Positions 19,548-29,582 are shown, counted from the stretch's first letter. The stretch is 64,000 nucleotides of DNA from an uncultured Verrucomicrobiae bacterium (GCA_963788655.1 CAWBHS010000060.1:128001-192000); one strand, 5' to 3'. Translations and numbers: made by a program. The notes: generated by a model from the letters alone, not told the origin.

Positions 19548-21014
19548 CTAGTGCTGCACTCGTTGCTTAAACGATTCGTAATACCGTTTTTGGAATTCGC
19601 GAACCGCGGCCATGCTGGTTAGACACGAATCCCAATCCAGCTTGGGCTGCTCCTTGGCGTTGGCCGGAGGAGCGGGCATGGCTTTTCCTTTGTAACGTTT
19701 CGCCAGCTTCTGAAATTCACGTCCCCACTCCTTGACCGTGCCGTCCGCCGTCAACAAACCGGTTAGTTGCGTCACGTCGCGCGCTTCCGGATGATCGTAG
19801 AATCCCCAATTGAGCCACCCTGTGGCCCATCCGGCGGTGGTTTCGACTAAACGCCGGCACCACCGGGCTTGTTGCGTCTCGGTGGCTGCGGGATGCTGGC
19901 CATTGTTGATCGTAAGCTTTCCCCCACCGTACCAGCCAAACTCCGCCACCACGACGGGTTTGCCGCACTGGGCGACTTCGCGAACGATGCTTTCGAGATA
20001 AGCCAGGTTGCGGATTTCGCCTTCTTCGCTGGTGTAGTCGTAAAATCCCGTGGCCAACGGGTAAAAATGAATTTCCAGGAAATCAAGCATCGGGGCCTGA
20101 CGGGCGGGCCTAAACGCCGCGTAGTGCGACAAGCCCGGCAATATCGCCGGCACCGACCATTGAATAAATCCGACCGAGACCAACGCTTCTGGATCTGCGG
20201 CTTTGATGGCAGCCACTTGGCGGCGGCTCCATTCGTCGGCCAGATATTCCCGAAAATGTTGGTAATCGAGCAATCGCTGGTCACCAGGAGCGTCTTTGGC
20301 TGGCGGTGCCGAGATGTCCCCGAATGCGAGTGCCTTGGTGTCGCCCAATTCGCCAAGCTTCCAAGCCTCGCGCAGTTTCTGGACTGTGCCATACTTCTGT
20401 TGCAACCAACGATTCCACTTCTTGTGCATCGGCGCGCTGTCCCAGCGCACCGCCGGCTCATTCAACAGGTCGTACGCAAAAATGACCTGGCGCCCGCGAT
20501 AACGTGCAGCAAACAATCGCCAAAACTCCTCCAACGCGTTCAGCACCTTTTCGTCTGCCAACCGGTCTCCCCGTGCCCATTCCGGCGTGCCTTCCCAATG
20601 ATCCGGTCCCGTGGGATGCACGTAAATGCCTGCCGCCTCCGCCAGTTCGAGAAACCGATCGAACTTCGCCAATCCCACAGGCGACAATTCACCTGGTTGC
20701 TCATAAAACGAACCGAAGCTGAGGAACACACGCACGCAATTAACTCCGAGCGCCTTCAACCGGGCAAAATCCTGGCGCGTAGCGGTCGCATCAAATCGCT
20801 TCCACAACTGCGGCGCCCAACCCGTGCCAGGGCGAAAATAATTCACTCCGAAGGGCACAAAAGGAGTTCCGTCCGCGGTGACGAAAGTGCGTGCGTGCGG
20901 AGCGACTTTGATTTTCGGCAGTGAGTTGGCCGCCAGCGCAGACCCAACCCCGAAAGCGATTACTAGCGCCACTGACAACCGGCCAAAAGAGGAACCCAAT
21001 CGTTTGGAGCACAT
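19548..21014 (-). CDS. Clan GH-A glycoside hydrolase (GH5/GH42-like), secreted
   Basis: FGVNY, GVNCVRVF, AYDLLNEP, WLQQKYGT, EIHFYP, KPVVVAEFG. Confidence 0.8.
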   Translation of the reverse strand: MCSKRLGSSFGRLSVALVIAFGVGSALAANSLPKIKVAPHARTFVTADGTPFVPFGVNYFRPGTGWAPQLWKRFDATATRQDFARLKALGVNCVRVFLSFGSFYEQPGELSPVGLAKFDRFLELAEAAGIYVHPTGPDHWEGTPEWARGDRLADEKVLNALEEFWRLFAARYRGRQVIFAYDLLNEPAVRWDSAPMHKKWNRWLQQKYGTVQKLREAWKLGELGDTKALAFGDISAPPAKDAPGDQRLLDYQHFREYLADEWSRRQVAAIKAADPEALVSVGFIQWSVPAILPGLSHYAAFRPARQAPMLDFLEIHFYPLATGFYDYTSEEGEIRNLAYLESIVREVAQCGKPVVVAEFGWYGGGKLTINNGQHPAATETQQARWCRRLVETTAGWATGWLNWGFYDHPEARDVTQLTGLLTADGTVKEWGREFQKLAKRYKGKAMPAPPANAKEQPKLDWDSCLTSMAAVREFQKRYYESFKQRVQH

Positions 21015-21129
21015 GGCGGCGAGAGTGCCAAACGTCCGATGGCTGCGGCAAGCGAAACCAAAAAGTCGCGACTATTTCGCTGGCCAAGCGGATGAATTTC
21101 ACGGCATTATTTCGAGTCAACACACAACA

Positions 21130-23013
21130 ATGAAATCCGTGTCGAATCTTCTGCATTGGGTGGGAGCAGCCTTGCTCGCTGCTTCGTTCCTTATTGTTTC
21201 CAATACGCAGGCCCAGGAAGGCTATCTCTCTCCTTCGGCTCTGGCCGCATCAAACGACGGCAAAACTCTGTACATCGCTGGTGCCACGGCGGGGAAAGTC
21301 TTAGTCTTCGACACGGCGAGCCGCAAAGTGACCGGTAGCGTGGCTGTTCCCGCCGCTCCGTCCGGGTTGGCGCTTTCTCCGGATGGAGCGCAACTCTTCG
21401 TCACCTGCGCGAGCCCAAACAGCCAAGTGTGTATCATTGATACGGCCGCCGGAAAGGTCACAACGATGCTTCCCGCCGGCCATACGACCATGGCCCCGGT
21501 CGTCAGTGCGGATGGCAAAACGCTGTTTGTCTGCAACCGCTTTCAAAACAACGTCAGCGTCATCGATCTGGCGGGCAAGAAAGAAGTCCGCCGCATTGCC
21601 GTCCAACGCGAACCCGTGGCCGCAGCCTTGACCGCGGATGGCAAATTCCTGCTCGTCGCCAACCACCTGCACCATGGGCGCGCCGATGCGGACGTGGTCG
21701 CAGCCGCGGTCAGCGTCATTGACCCCGTCGCCGGCAAAGTCGTTAAGGAACTGCCATTACCCAACGGCTCCGGCTTGCTGCGCGACATTCGCGTGTCACC
21801 CGACGGCAAATACGCGGTGGTCACCCACGTCCTGGCCCGGTTTCATCTCCCCACCACCCAATTGGAGCGCGGCTGGATGAACACCAACGCCAAGACCATC
21901 ATTGACCTCGCCAGCTTGAAAATTGTGAACACTGTCCTCTTGGACAACGTGGACAGTGGCGCCGCTGATCCCTGGGGCGCTGCCTGGACCGCTGACAGCA
22001 AAACTGTGGTTGTCGCTCATTCCGGCACGCACGAAATCAGCGTCATTGATTTTCCCGGACTGCTGGCCAAGCTGGCCAAGCTGCCGGAGAAGCCCGACGA
22101 AACCAAAGCTTACGATTACACCGCCGCCTCGCGCATCCAGGCCGACGTGCCCAACGATCTGTCGTTTCTCGTGGGCGTGCGCCGCCGCATCCGGTTGCCC
22201 GAATCGGATCGTGGACCGCGGGCCGTGGTCGTCATTGGCACAACCGCCTACGTGGCGAATTATTACTCCGACAATCTGACCGCCATTGAATTCTCCACTG
22301 AATACGTAAAACCGGTTTCCATTTCGCTCGGCTCCACCAAGACCATGGACGTGGTGCGCGCGGGCGAATACTATTTCAATGACGCCGGACTCTGTTTCCA
22401 GGGCTGGCAAAGCTGCGGCAGTTGCCATTCCGAAGACGCGCGGGTGGACGCGATGAACTGGGACTTGCTGAACGACGGCATCGGCAACCCCAAAAACTCG
22501 AAGTCTCTCCTGCTCGCCTTTGACACGCCGCCCGCCATGAGCCTGGGCGTCCGTGATGACGCGGCGACAGCGGTGCGGGCCGGCATCAAACACATTTTGT
22601 TCACGGTTCAGCCCGACGATGTGGCCAATTCGCTCGATGCGTATGTAAAATCACTCAAACCCATCCCCAGTCCGCTGTTGGAAAAGGGGCAACTCTCTCC
22701 TGCCGCCCTGCGGGGTCGCCACTTGTTTGACAATCCGGAAGTCGGCTGTGCCCAGTGTCACCCGGCGCCGCTGTTCACCACCAAGCAACGTTACGATGTT
22801 AATACGCACAGCCAATACGATCGCGAAGTGCGGGAATTCGACACGCCAACACTGGTGGAAATGTGGCGCACCGCCCCGTATTTGCACGACGGTTCGGCCG
22901 CCACCGCTCGCGACGTGCTCACCACGCGCAACATCGATGACAAACACGGCAAGACCTCCCATTTGTCCGCGCAGCAGCTCGACGATCTGGTTGCCTATCT
23001 CCTTTCACTCTAA
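21130..23013 (+). CDS. Secreted YVTN/YncE beta-propeller fused to a di-heme cytochrome c (CcP/MauG-superfamily-like) domain
   Basis: Signal peptide; repeated SPDG/ADGK-L-F/YV blades; CGSCH (22414-22428) and CAQCH (22747-22761); FDTPTL...APYLHDGS. Confidence 0.85.
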   Translation: MKSVSNLLHWVGAALLAASFLIVSNTQAQEGYLSPSALAASNDGKTLYIAGATAGKVLVFDTASRKVTGSVAVPAAPSGLALSPDGAQLFVTCASPNSQVCIIDTAAGKVTTMLPAGHTTMAPVVSADGKTLFVCNRFQNNVSVIDLAGKKEVRRIAVQREPVAAALTADGKFLLVANHLHHGRADADVVAAAVSVIDPVAGKVVKELPLPNGSGLLRDIRVSPDGKYAVVTHVLARFHLPTTQLERGWMNTNAKTIIDLASLKIVNTVLLDNVDSGAADPWGAAWTADSKTVVVAHSGTHEISVIDFPGLLAKLAKLPEKPDETKAYDYTAASRIQADVPNDLSFLVGVRRRIRLPESDRGPRAVVVIGTTAYVANYYSDNLTAIEFSTEYVKPVSISLGSTKTMDVVRAGEYYFNDAGLCFQGWQSCGSCHSEDARVDAMNWDLLNDGIGNPKNSKSLLLAFDTPPAMSLGVRDDAATAVRAGIKHILFTVQPDDVANSLDAYVKSLKPIPSPLLEKGQLSPAALRGRHLFDNPEVGCAQCHPAPLFTTKQRYDVNTHSQYDREVREFDTPTLVEMWRTAPYLHDGSAATARDVLTTRNIDDKHGKTSHLSAQQLDDLVAYLLSL

Positions 23014-23026
23014 GCTACCCGCCGCA

Positions 23027-24253
23027 ATGCCAGTCCGTTCCTCTCTCACACGCAAACGCTCGTTCGCCGTCGGCCCCTCTCAAATCATCAGCCGGGAACA
23101 ACGGCCCGGCTTGGATGCCACCTTGGTCAAACGCGGGCGCGTGCGCGAACTGCACCTCACCCTGCGGCCGCTTCCCGGCGAAACCCTCAGCGCGCTGTTG
23201 GGCCGGTTGAAAAAGGTCTTGGACAAACACCAGACCACCATTGTCAAACAGGACATCTTCGGCGCGCTCACGGCGTACAAAGGCACGGTACGCGCGGTGA
23301 AACAAACGTTTGGGCAACTTGCTTGGCCATTAACCTGGCTGGACGGGGCGGATTGTCAGGGCAGTCGGATCGCGGGCATGCAATTGCTGGCCATCAAAGG
23401 CGCCGAACTTGAACCGCTCGTTCTCGATGACCACCAGGTCGGTAACGTGTATCACGACGGCGCCGCCCGACACTGCTTTCTCGGTGACCTGACGGCGGCG
23501 AACGTCACCCAATCCCCGGCGCAACAAGCCAAGCGCGCTTATGCCAACCTGGAAACAGCGCTCAAACTCGCGGGCATGAACATGACCCATCTGGTGCGTA
23601 CCTGGCTGTTCCTGAAAGACATCCTGGCGTGGTATGACAAATTCAACAAGGTGCGCAGCGATTTCTATCGCCAGAAGAAAGTGATTGGAACTCTCGTGCC
23701 GGCCAGCACCGGCGTCGGCGCGTTGAATCCATGGGACGCTTCGATGGTCATCGGCGCCTGGGCCGTCCAACCGCTGAGTGATTCCGTAACGGTCTCTGAA
23801 GTCGCCTCCCCCCTGCAATGTCCGGCCCCGAACTACGGCAGTTGTTTTAGTCGGGCCGTCGAACTCAGTACCCCGGATTACCGCCATCTGCTGGTCAGTG
23901 GCACCGCGAGCATCGAGCCGGGTGGGCGCAGCGTCCACGACGGCGACATTGCCGCGCAGGTTGATCTGACCATGCGCGTGGTCCGGGGAATCCTCGAAGA
24001 ACGTGGCTTAAGCTTCCTGGATGTCAGCCGGGCGACGGCGTATTTCAAATACCCTAAAGACCAACCGGCCTTTGCCGATTGGTGCGCGCACAATGGCGCG
24101 GCCTTCCTGCCGGTGATTTCCACTCGAGCGGACGTGTGCCGCGATGAATTGCTGTTCGAAATCGAGATGGATGCCCTCGCCGCGCAATTGCCGGCGGCGG
24201 CAGGCCAGCCTAAGCAAAGACGCGACCGCAAGGGAACTTCCAGGTCCGCTTGA
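23027..24253 (+). CDS. Tandem Rid/YjgF-fold protein, chorismatase FkbO/Hyg5-like
   Basis: LVRTWLF...YDKFNKVR, PASTGVG, FSRA, LVSGTASI...SVHDGD..AQ, ADVCRDELLFEIE. Confidence 0.75.
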   Translation: MPVRSSLTRKRSFAVGPSQIISREQRPGLDATLVKRGRVRELHLTLRPLPGETLSALLGRLKKVLDKHQTTIVKQDIFGALTAYKGTVRAVKQTFGQLAWPLTWLDGADCQGSRIAGMQLLAIKGAELEPLVLDDHQVGNVYHDGAARHCFLGDLTAANVTQSPAQQAKRAYANLETALKLAGMNMTHLVRTWLFLKDILAWYDKFNKVRSDFYRQKKVIGTLVPASTGVGALNPWDASMVIGAWAVQPLSDSVTVSEVASPLQCPAPNYGSCFSRAVELSTPDYRHLLVSGTASIEPGGRSVHDGDIAAQVDLTMRVVRGILEERGLSFLDVSRATAYFKYPKDQPAFADWCAHNGAAFLPVISTRADVCRDELLFEIEMDALAAQLPAAAGQPKQRRDRKGTSRSA

Positions 24254-24278
24254 AATCACTTCCAAATGACGAGGCGCC

Positions 24279-24343
24279 CCGTTCGGAGTCCCGCCTTCAG
24301 GCGGTTCGGGCGTCGGGCCGCCTAAAGGCGGGACTCCAAACGG
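24279..24343. repeat. REP-like inverted repeat (GGAGTCCCGCCTTCAGGCGG family)
   Basis: cgttcggagtcccgccttcaggcgg / ccgcctaaaggcgggactccaaacg arms. Confidence 0.75.
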
Positions 24344-24448
24344 GAATTTCCAATTAGGCTTTTAGCAAACTCTTGGACGCATCCAAGAATGAGATTCAGC
24401 ACACCCGGATTGAACGCTCAAGCAGCAACCAATAATCTCCGCTTCACC

Positions 24449-26509
24449 ATGAAACAAAACATCCTTCGTCTCCTGGCCGTCGCGACGCTCAGCACGGGAC
24501 TGATACCCTGCGATCTTCTCGCCGCCACCGCCGCAGCGGCTGAATCCAGCATTGATCTGCTGGCAGGGCCACTGGCCTCGGTCAAGCCGTACGCGTGGAA
24601 GCAGTTTTCCGAAGATCCGCAGACCCCGCTCGCAGACACCTGGCAATTGCTGGACGGCGTCCTCACCTGCCGCGGTACGCCCAAGGGTTACCTTTACCTC
24701 GACCATGACTTCACGGATTTCGTGCTGACACTCGAGTGGCGTTGGCCGGCAGGCAAGAAGCCTGGAAACGGCGGCGTGCTGTTACGGATCACCGGCCCCG
24801 ACAAAATTTGGCCCCGCAGTCTCGAAGCGCAACTCAACGCCGGGCAAGCGGGCGACTTCTGGGGCCTGAACGGATTCGCCCTCGAGGGTCCTTCCGAGCG
24901 CAAACAAACACTCGATAGTCCCCAATTCGGCCGGCTCACCAACTTGCGGCGCACCGCGGACCTGGAAAAGCCCGCCGGGCAGTGGAATCAATACCAGATC
25001 ATCGCGCGCGGCCCCGTTGTCACCTTGCGCGTCAATGGCCAGGAAGTGAATCGGGCCACGGGGTGTGACGTACTCGCGGGAAAAATTTGTCTGACGGCAG
25101 AAGGCGATGCAATCCAGTTTCGAAATGTGCGCTTGGAACCGCTGCCGCCACGCGAGGTTGCGGATATTCCCGCGGCTGCGAGACTCGTGACATACCCCGC
25201 CCCGGAAGGCGAACCATTGTCTGCCGATTATCAAGTTTGGGCGAACGGCCAGAAAGTGGACGTCTATACCGCCCGCGTGCTTGATCCGCCTTTCGCCGGC
25301 GAAGGCTATGACTATGGCGGTCCGTATTCGTTCGCCAACTTCGACATGGCCGGGCGGGTCGAACTGCGCATCAAGTCACCTCGCTCTTTGCGCCGCACAA
25401 TCATTCGTCCCGCCTCGTCCGTCGCGCACATAAGCAACGAAGACGATCACACGTTGCGGTTGACACTGCATGGTCCACGCAAGTTTAGCATCGAACCGGA
25501 CGGCAAGAAGGGACCGCTGTTGCTGTTCGCCAATCCGCTCGAGGAAAATCCGCCTTCGCCCAACGCGCCGGGAGTTCTCTATTTCGGTCCCGGCATCCAC
25601 CAGCCCGGAAAACTCATGCTGACAAACAACCAAACCTTGTACCTGGCCGGAGGCGCTATTGTGAAAGGCGGCGTGCTGGCGCAAGGGGAGAACATCCGCA
25701 TCGCCGGACGCGGCATCTTGGATGGTTCGGATTGGGAATGGCGCCGCGGACCCACGCCGCACGTCATCTCGATTCGCGGCACAAATATCGTGGTCGAGGG
25801 CATCACCATCCGCGGCGCCTCCCACTGGACGGTCGTTCCTCGTCACAGCCGGAACGTCACCGTGCGCGGCATCAAGCTTTGCGGTGGCCGGGTGCAAAAC
25901 GATGACGGTATCAATCCGTGCAACTCGCAGGAGGTGCTGATTACCGATTGTTTCATCCGCAGCGATGACGATTGCGTGGCGCTCAAGGGGCTCGACTTCA
26001 GCGGAGGGAACGACAACGTCGAACGCATTACGGTCGAGAATTCCGTGCTCTGGTGCGACCGGGCGCGCATCTTTCTGCTCGGCCACGAGAGCCGCGCGGC
26101 TTTCATGCGCCAGGTGACGTTACGCAACCTCGACATCATCCATTTCACCATGACGCCCTTCCTGTTCGAACCGGGCGAGGACATGCACCTCGAAGATATT
26201 CTGGTGGAAAACGTCCGCCTCCACGGCGAAGGCCAGCGGGAATTGATTCGACTCAAGCCGGTCGTGAACCAATACATGCGCAGACAAGTGCCGGGCTTTG
26301 TGCGCAACGTGCGATTTAGAAATGTGTCCGTGGAAGGCGCGCCCGGTGAATACCTCGTTCAACTTGAAGGTGCTGATGCCATGCATAACGTGCGCAATGT
26401 CACTTTCGAGAACGTTACGGTGCTCGGTCAACCCTTGGCCGTTGATCAGCAACGCGTTCGTATTGGCCAATACGTGGAAGGCGTTCAATTCACCGCCACC
26501 AAGGAGTGA
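24449..26509 (+). CDS. DUF1080 (3-keto-disaccharide hydrolase-like) domain fused to a GH28-like beta-helix glycosidase
   Basis: DFVLTLEWRW, GNGGVL, EAQL, GQWNQYQI, IQFRNV; then YFGPGIH, LYLAGGAIVKG, NDDGI, RSDDDCVALK. Confidence 0.8.
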   Translation: MKQNILRLLAVATLSTGLIPCDLLAATAAAAESSIDLLAGPLASVKPYAWKQFSEDPQTPLADTWQLLDGVLTCRGTPKGYLYLDHDFTDFVLTLEWRWPAGKKPGNGGVLLRITGPDKIWPRSLEAQLNAGQAGDFWGLNGFALEGPSERKQTLDSPQFGRLTNLRRTADLEKPAGQWNQYQIIARGPVVTLRVNGQEVNRATGCDVLAGKICLTAEGDAIQFRNVRLEPLPPREVADIPAAARLVTYPAPEGEPLSADYQVWANGQKVDVYTARVLDPPFAGEGYDYGGPYSFANFDMAGRVELRIKSPRSLRRTIIRPASSVAHISNEDDHTLRLTLHGPRKFSIEPDGKKGPLLLFANPLEENPPSPNAPGVLYFGPGIHQPGKLMLTNNQTLYLAGGAIVKGGVLAQGENIRIAGRGILDGSDWEWRRGPTPHVISIRGTNIVVEGITIRGASHWTVVPRHSRNVTVRGIKLCGGRVQNDDGINPCNSQEVLITDCFIRSDDDCVALKGLDFSGGNDNVERITVENSVLWCDRARIFLLGHESRAAFMRQVTLRNLDIIHFTMTPFLFEPGEDMHLEDILVENVRLHGEGQRELIRLKPVVNQYMRRQVPGFVRNVRFRNVSVEGAPGEYLVQLEGADAMHNVRNVTFENVTVLGQPLAVDQQRVRIGQYVEGVQFTATKE

Positions 26510-26648
26510 CTTGAGTGGCAACCGAGCGACGCGTCCGGCGGGCAATGGCTGTCATGTTCATCTCTGATCGCCTCCCGCACGTTCCGCAAAATGTACCGCC
26601 GATACCAATAGCTTGCGTCCCCATAACCTCAATGTTCTGCTTCCAGCA

Positions 26649-27128
26649 ATGATTGCACGCCCGTTTATCTGGATTTACGCCCTGCTGCTAGCCGGTCTGT
26701 TCGCCGGGTGCCATACCCCCAAGGGGCCCGCGGCGGATGCGCTCGCTTCCGTGATGATTGTTGGCCGGACCCCGACGGCAATCCGCGCCACCGTCGGGCA
26801 GGTGTTCCGCGCCCATGACTACACGGTCACCAAGACGAATGAGTTCCAAGCGGTTTTCGAAAAACAAGGTTCCACGATGAATACCCTTGCCCACGGATCC
26901 TGGTCGTTCGAGCCAATGTGGATACGCGTCAAAGTAGTGATCCAATCGTTGGGCCTGAGCCGCTATCTGCTGCGCTGCGATGCTTACCTGGTCAACGACC
27001 ACGGCGACTTGGTGATGGAAGAGGAAACGAAGATCAAGAAACTCCACCGCGGGACTTACCAGAACCTGCTCGACGAAGTACAAGCCAAACTGGAAGTCCA
27101 ACCTGCCGGTGCCACACCGCCACCATAG
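26649..27128 (+). CDS. Hypothetical lipoprotein
   Basis: LLAGLFAGC lipobox. Confidence 0.65.
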   Translation: MIARPFIWIYALLLAGLFAGCHTPKGPAADALASVMIVGRTPTAIRATVGQVFRAHDYTVTKTNEFQAVFEKQGSTMNTLAHGSWSFEPMWIRVKVVIQSLGLSRYLLRCDAYLVNDHGDLVMEEETKIKKLHRGTYQNLLDEVQAKLEVQPAGATPPP

Positions 27129-27173
27129 GACGGCCCCAGCGTTCGGGCCCGACCATGGCAACGGCCACCAACC

Positions 27174-27662
27174 TCATTTCGTCTGGGGCTGTTGACGGGC
27201 GCGCAAAGGAACGACCATCACCGGGCATTGGGCTTTACCGGCGACTTTCTCAACGACCTTGCCAAACAAGGCCCGCTCCATGCCGGTATGGCCCTCCCGG
27301 CCAATCACAATCAAATCAATGTTCAATTCCTCGGCCACTTCGAGAATTTTGCCGGCTTCGGATCCCACTCGTAATTCGACGTTCACTGCCAATCCCGCCG
27401 GTACCCGCCCGAGGTAGGCCGCGGCAATTTTGGCATCAATGTCCTGCCGGGCCTGATCGTCGAGGTGTTCGATTTCGTAAAGATACGATTGCCAAAACTG
27501 GGCGTCCGCTTCCGGAATCACGTGCAACAGATACAACTCGGCACCCGGCCGGGACACCGTGGCCTCGAGGGCAAATTCGAACGCATAATCGGCGCTCGCC
27601 GAAAAATCCGTGCAGAACAGGATGCGTTGAAAACGGTTTGATTCCGAAGGATCAGCATTCAT
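27174..27662 (-). CDS. Universal stress protein (UspA family)
   Basis: RILFCTDFS, LLHV, DLIVIGREG...LFGKVVEKVAGKAQCPVMVV. Confidence 0.92.
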   Translation of the reverse strand: MNADPSESNRFQRILFCTDFSASADYAFEFALEATVSRPGAELYLLHVIPEADAQFWQSYLYEIEHLDDQARQDIDAKIAAAYLGRVPAGLAVNVELRVGSEAGKILEVAEELNIDLIVIGREGHTGMERALFGKVVEKVAGKAQCPVMVVPLRARQQPQTK

Positions 27663-27674
27663 AGCGGATTCGAA

Positions 27675-28976
27675 TTACTTGATCAGGTTGGGCAAAAACA
27701 ACGACAACTGCGGAAACGCCACCAGCAATATGGCCGCCACGACCAGGGCCAAAAGAAACGGCAGGCTCCCCTTGAAGACCGTGGGCAACGGCACATCTCG
27801 AGCCATGCCGCTGACGACATACACGTTCACCCCCACCGGCGGCGAGATCACGCCCATCTGGGTGACCAGCACGATGATCACCCCAAACCAAATCAAATCG
27901 TAGTGCAAGCCGCTCACCACCGGGTAAAAGATGGGGATGGTCAGAAGGTTCAGCGCCAGGGCGTCCACGAAACAGCCGGCCACGAAATAGAACAGAATGA
28001 TCAGCCCAATGATGCTCCACGCCGGCAGCGGCAAACCGGCCAGCCAGGTCGCCAGTTTGAACGGCACTTGAGTAACCGCGAGAAACCGACCGAAGATGAC
28101 CGCCCCGGCCACAATGGTCATCACCATGCAGGACGTGCGAAGGGTTTCGAGCAGGCACTGGAACAGCTTGGGCCAGGTGAGCTCCCGCTTCGCCAAAGCG
28201 ATTACCAGCGTGCCAGCGGCGCCAATGGCCGCAGCTTCCGTCGCCGTGTAGAACCCCATAAACATGCCACCCATGACCAGCACGAACAGCACAATGGTTT
28301 CAACCACCCCCCGGAGCGACGAGAACTTCTCACGCCACGTGGTGGGCGGGCCGGCGGGGCCGAGCTCGGGTCGGCGTTTGCAGTTAAGATAAATAGTCAG
28401 GCAAAACAACAAGGCAATCAGCAGACCGGGAATGATCCCCGCGATGAACAGTTTGCCGATGGATTGTTCGGTCAGCATCGCATAGACGATGAACACGATG
28501 CTGGGCGGAATGAGCATGCCCAGGCTGCCGCCCGCCGCCACCGCGCCGCAGGCCAGTTCCATGTTGTAGTGGTAGCGCCGCATTTCGGGGAGCGCGACCG
28601 ACGTCATGGTGGCCGCCGTCGCCGGACCGGAGCCGCAGATGGCGCCGAACGCCGTGCAGGCGCCAACGGTGGACATGGCCAGTCCCCCCGGCAACCAGCC
28701 CAGCCAATGATAGGCCGCGTTGAACAGGCCCCGGCTGATGCCCGTGTGAAAGGCGACCTGGCCCATCAGCACAAACAACGGGATGGTCGTCAGGTTGTAG
28801 GAAGAAAACGTGCCGTAGAGATCGATGCCGGCCAAGTGCAGCGCGGCCTCGGGCGATACCACCAGCGCGAAGCCCGCGATGCCCACCAACCCCATCACGT
28901 ACGCAATGGGCATGCTGCTGGCCAGTAGCACCAGCAGGAGCACAAAACCCAGCACGCTGATCTGGGTGAGCATCAT
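27675..28976 (-). CDS. dctM: TRAP transporter large permease
   Basis: IPLFVLMG, FGAICGSG, GGSLGMLIPPS, SIGKLFIAGIIPG, ISPPVGVN. Confidence 0.93.
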   Translation of the reverse strand: MMLTQISVLGFVLLLVLLASSMPIAYVMGLVGIAGFALVVSPEAALHLAGIDLYGTFSSYNLTTIPLFVLMGQVAFHTGISRGLFNAAYHWLGWLPGGLAMSTVGACTAFGAICGSGPATAATMTSVALPEMRRYHYNMELACGAVAAGGSLGMLIPPSIVFIVYAMLTEQSIGKLFIAGIIPGLLIALLFCLTIYLNCKRRPELGPAGPPTTWREKFSSLRGVVETIVLFVLVMGGMFMGFYTATEAAAIGAAGTLVIALAKRELTWPKLFQCLLETLRTSCMVMTIVAGAVIFGRFLAVTQVPFKLATWLAGLPLPAWSIIGLIILFYFVAGCFVDALALNLLTIPIFYPVVSGLHYDLIWFGVIIVLVTQMGVISPPVGVNVYVVSGMARDVPLPTVFKGSLPFLLALVVAAILLVAFPQLSLFLPNLIK

Positions 28977-29506
28977 GGCTTGATCATGGGTTGGCCGGGA
29001 CGAAGTAAATGGTAGAACGTCACCAAGACCACCAGTCCGCAGGCCAGCCCAATTACGTAGGGCACCCAGAACACGGAGATGGGCAGCGTAGGGCTGACTT
29101 CGCCGCTTTCGCGAAGCGACATTCCATAGCGCACACTCTGCCAGGCCAGCACCCCGAAAAGCCCCATCGCCAGCACGCGGATAAGGGCGTCCACGACGAT
29201 GCGGCCCCGGCGCCCCAGCTTATGGAAGAAGTACTCAATGGCCACGTGACCTTTGACCGCCGTAGTATAGGGCAGAGCGCAGGCAATGGTGAGTGCTCCA
29301 GTGATTCTTGCAACATCGTAAGCACCAGTGAGCGAAACGCGAAACAGACGCAAGACGACGTCGGCGCACGTCACCAGCATCATGATCATCAGACTGGCGC
29401 CCGCCACCACTGCCAGGATAGTCACCGGTACGCGCAACCATTGTTGGTACCGATCCAAGGCGCGTTGGAACGTCGTCGCAGACGGCGATGATTGCCGATC
29501 ATGCAT
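28973..29506 (-). CDS. dctQ: TRAP transporter small permease
   Basis: Four hydrophobic segments, ADVVLR, KGHVAI; ATGA overlap with dctM. Confidence 0.88.
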   Translation of the reverse strand: MHDRQSSPSATTFQRALDRYQQWLRVPVTILAVVAGASLMIMMLVTCADVVLRLFRVSLTGAYDVARITGALTIACALPYTTAVKGHVAIEYFFHKLGRRGRIVVDALIRVLAMGLFGVLAWQSVRYGMSLRESGEVSPTLPISVFWVPYVIGLACGLVVLVTFYHLLRPGQPMIKP

Positions 29507-29582
29507 GGAATGATCGGTGTTGGACGGTGGCCACTTCGTAATGGATTTTGTTTAATGAAGGAACCCTGCGAACATCCGCCAG

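Noticed and set aside
21130..23013. Hydrazine synthase or nitrite reductase NirS
   Set aside because: Only architectural resemblance; no hzsA or nir genes, and the two hemes are C-terminal, unlike NirS.
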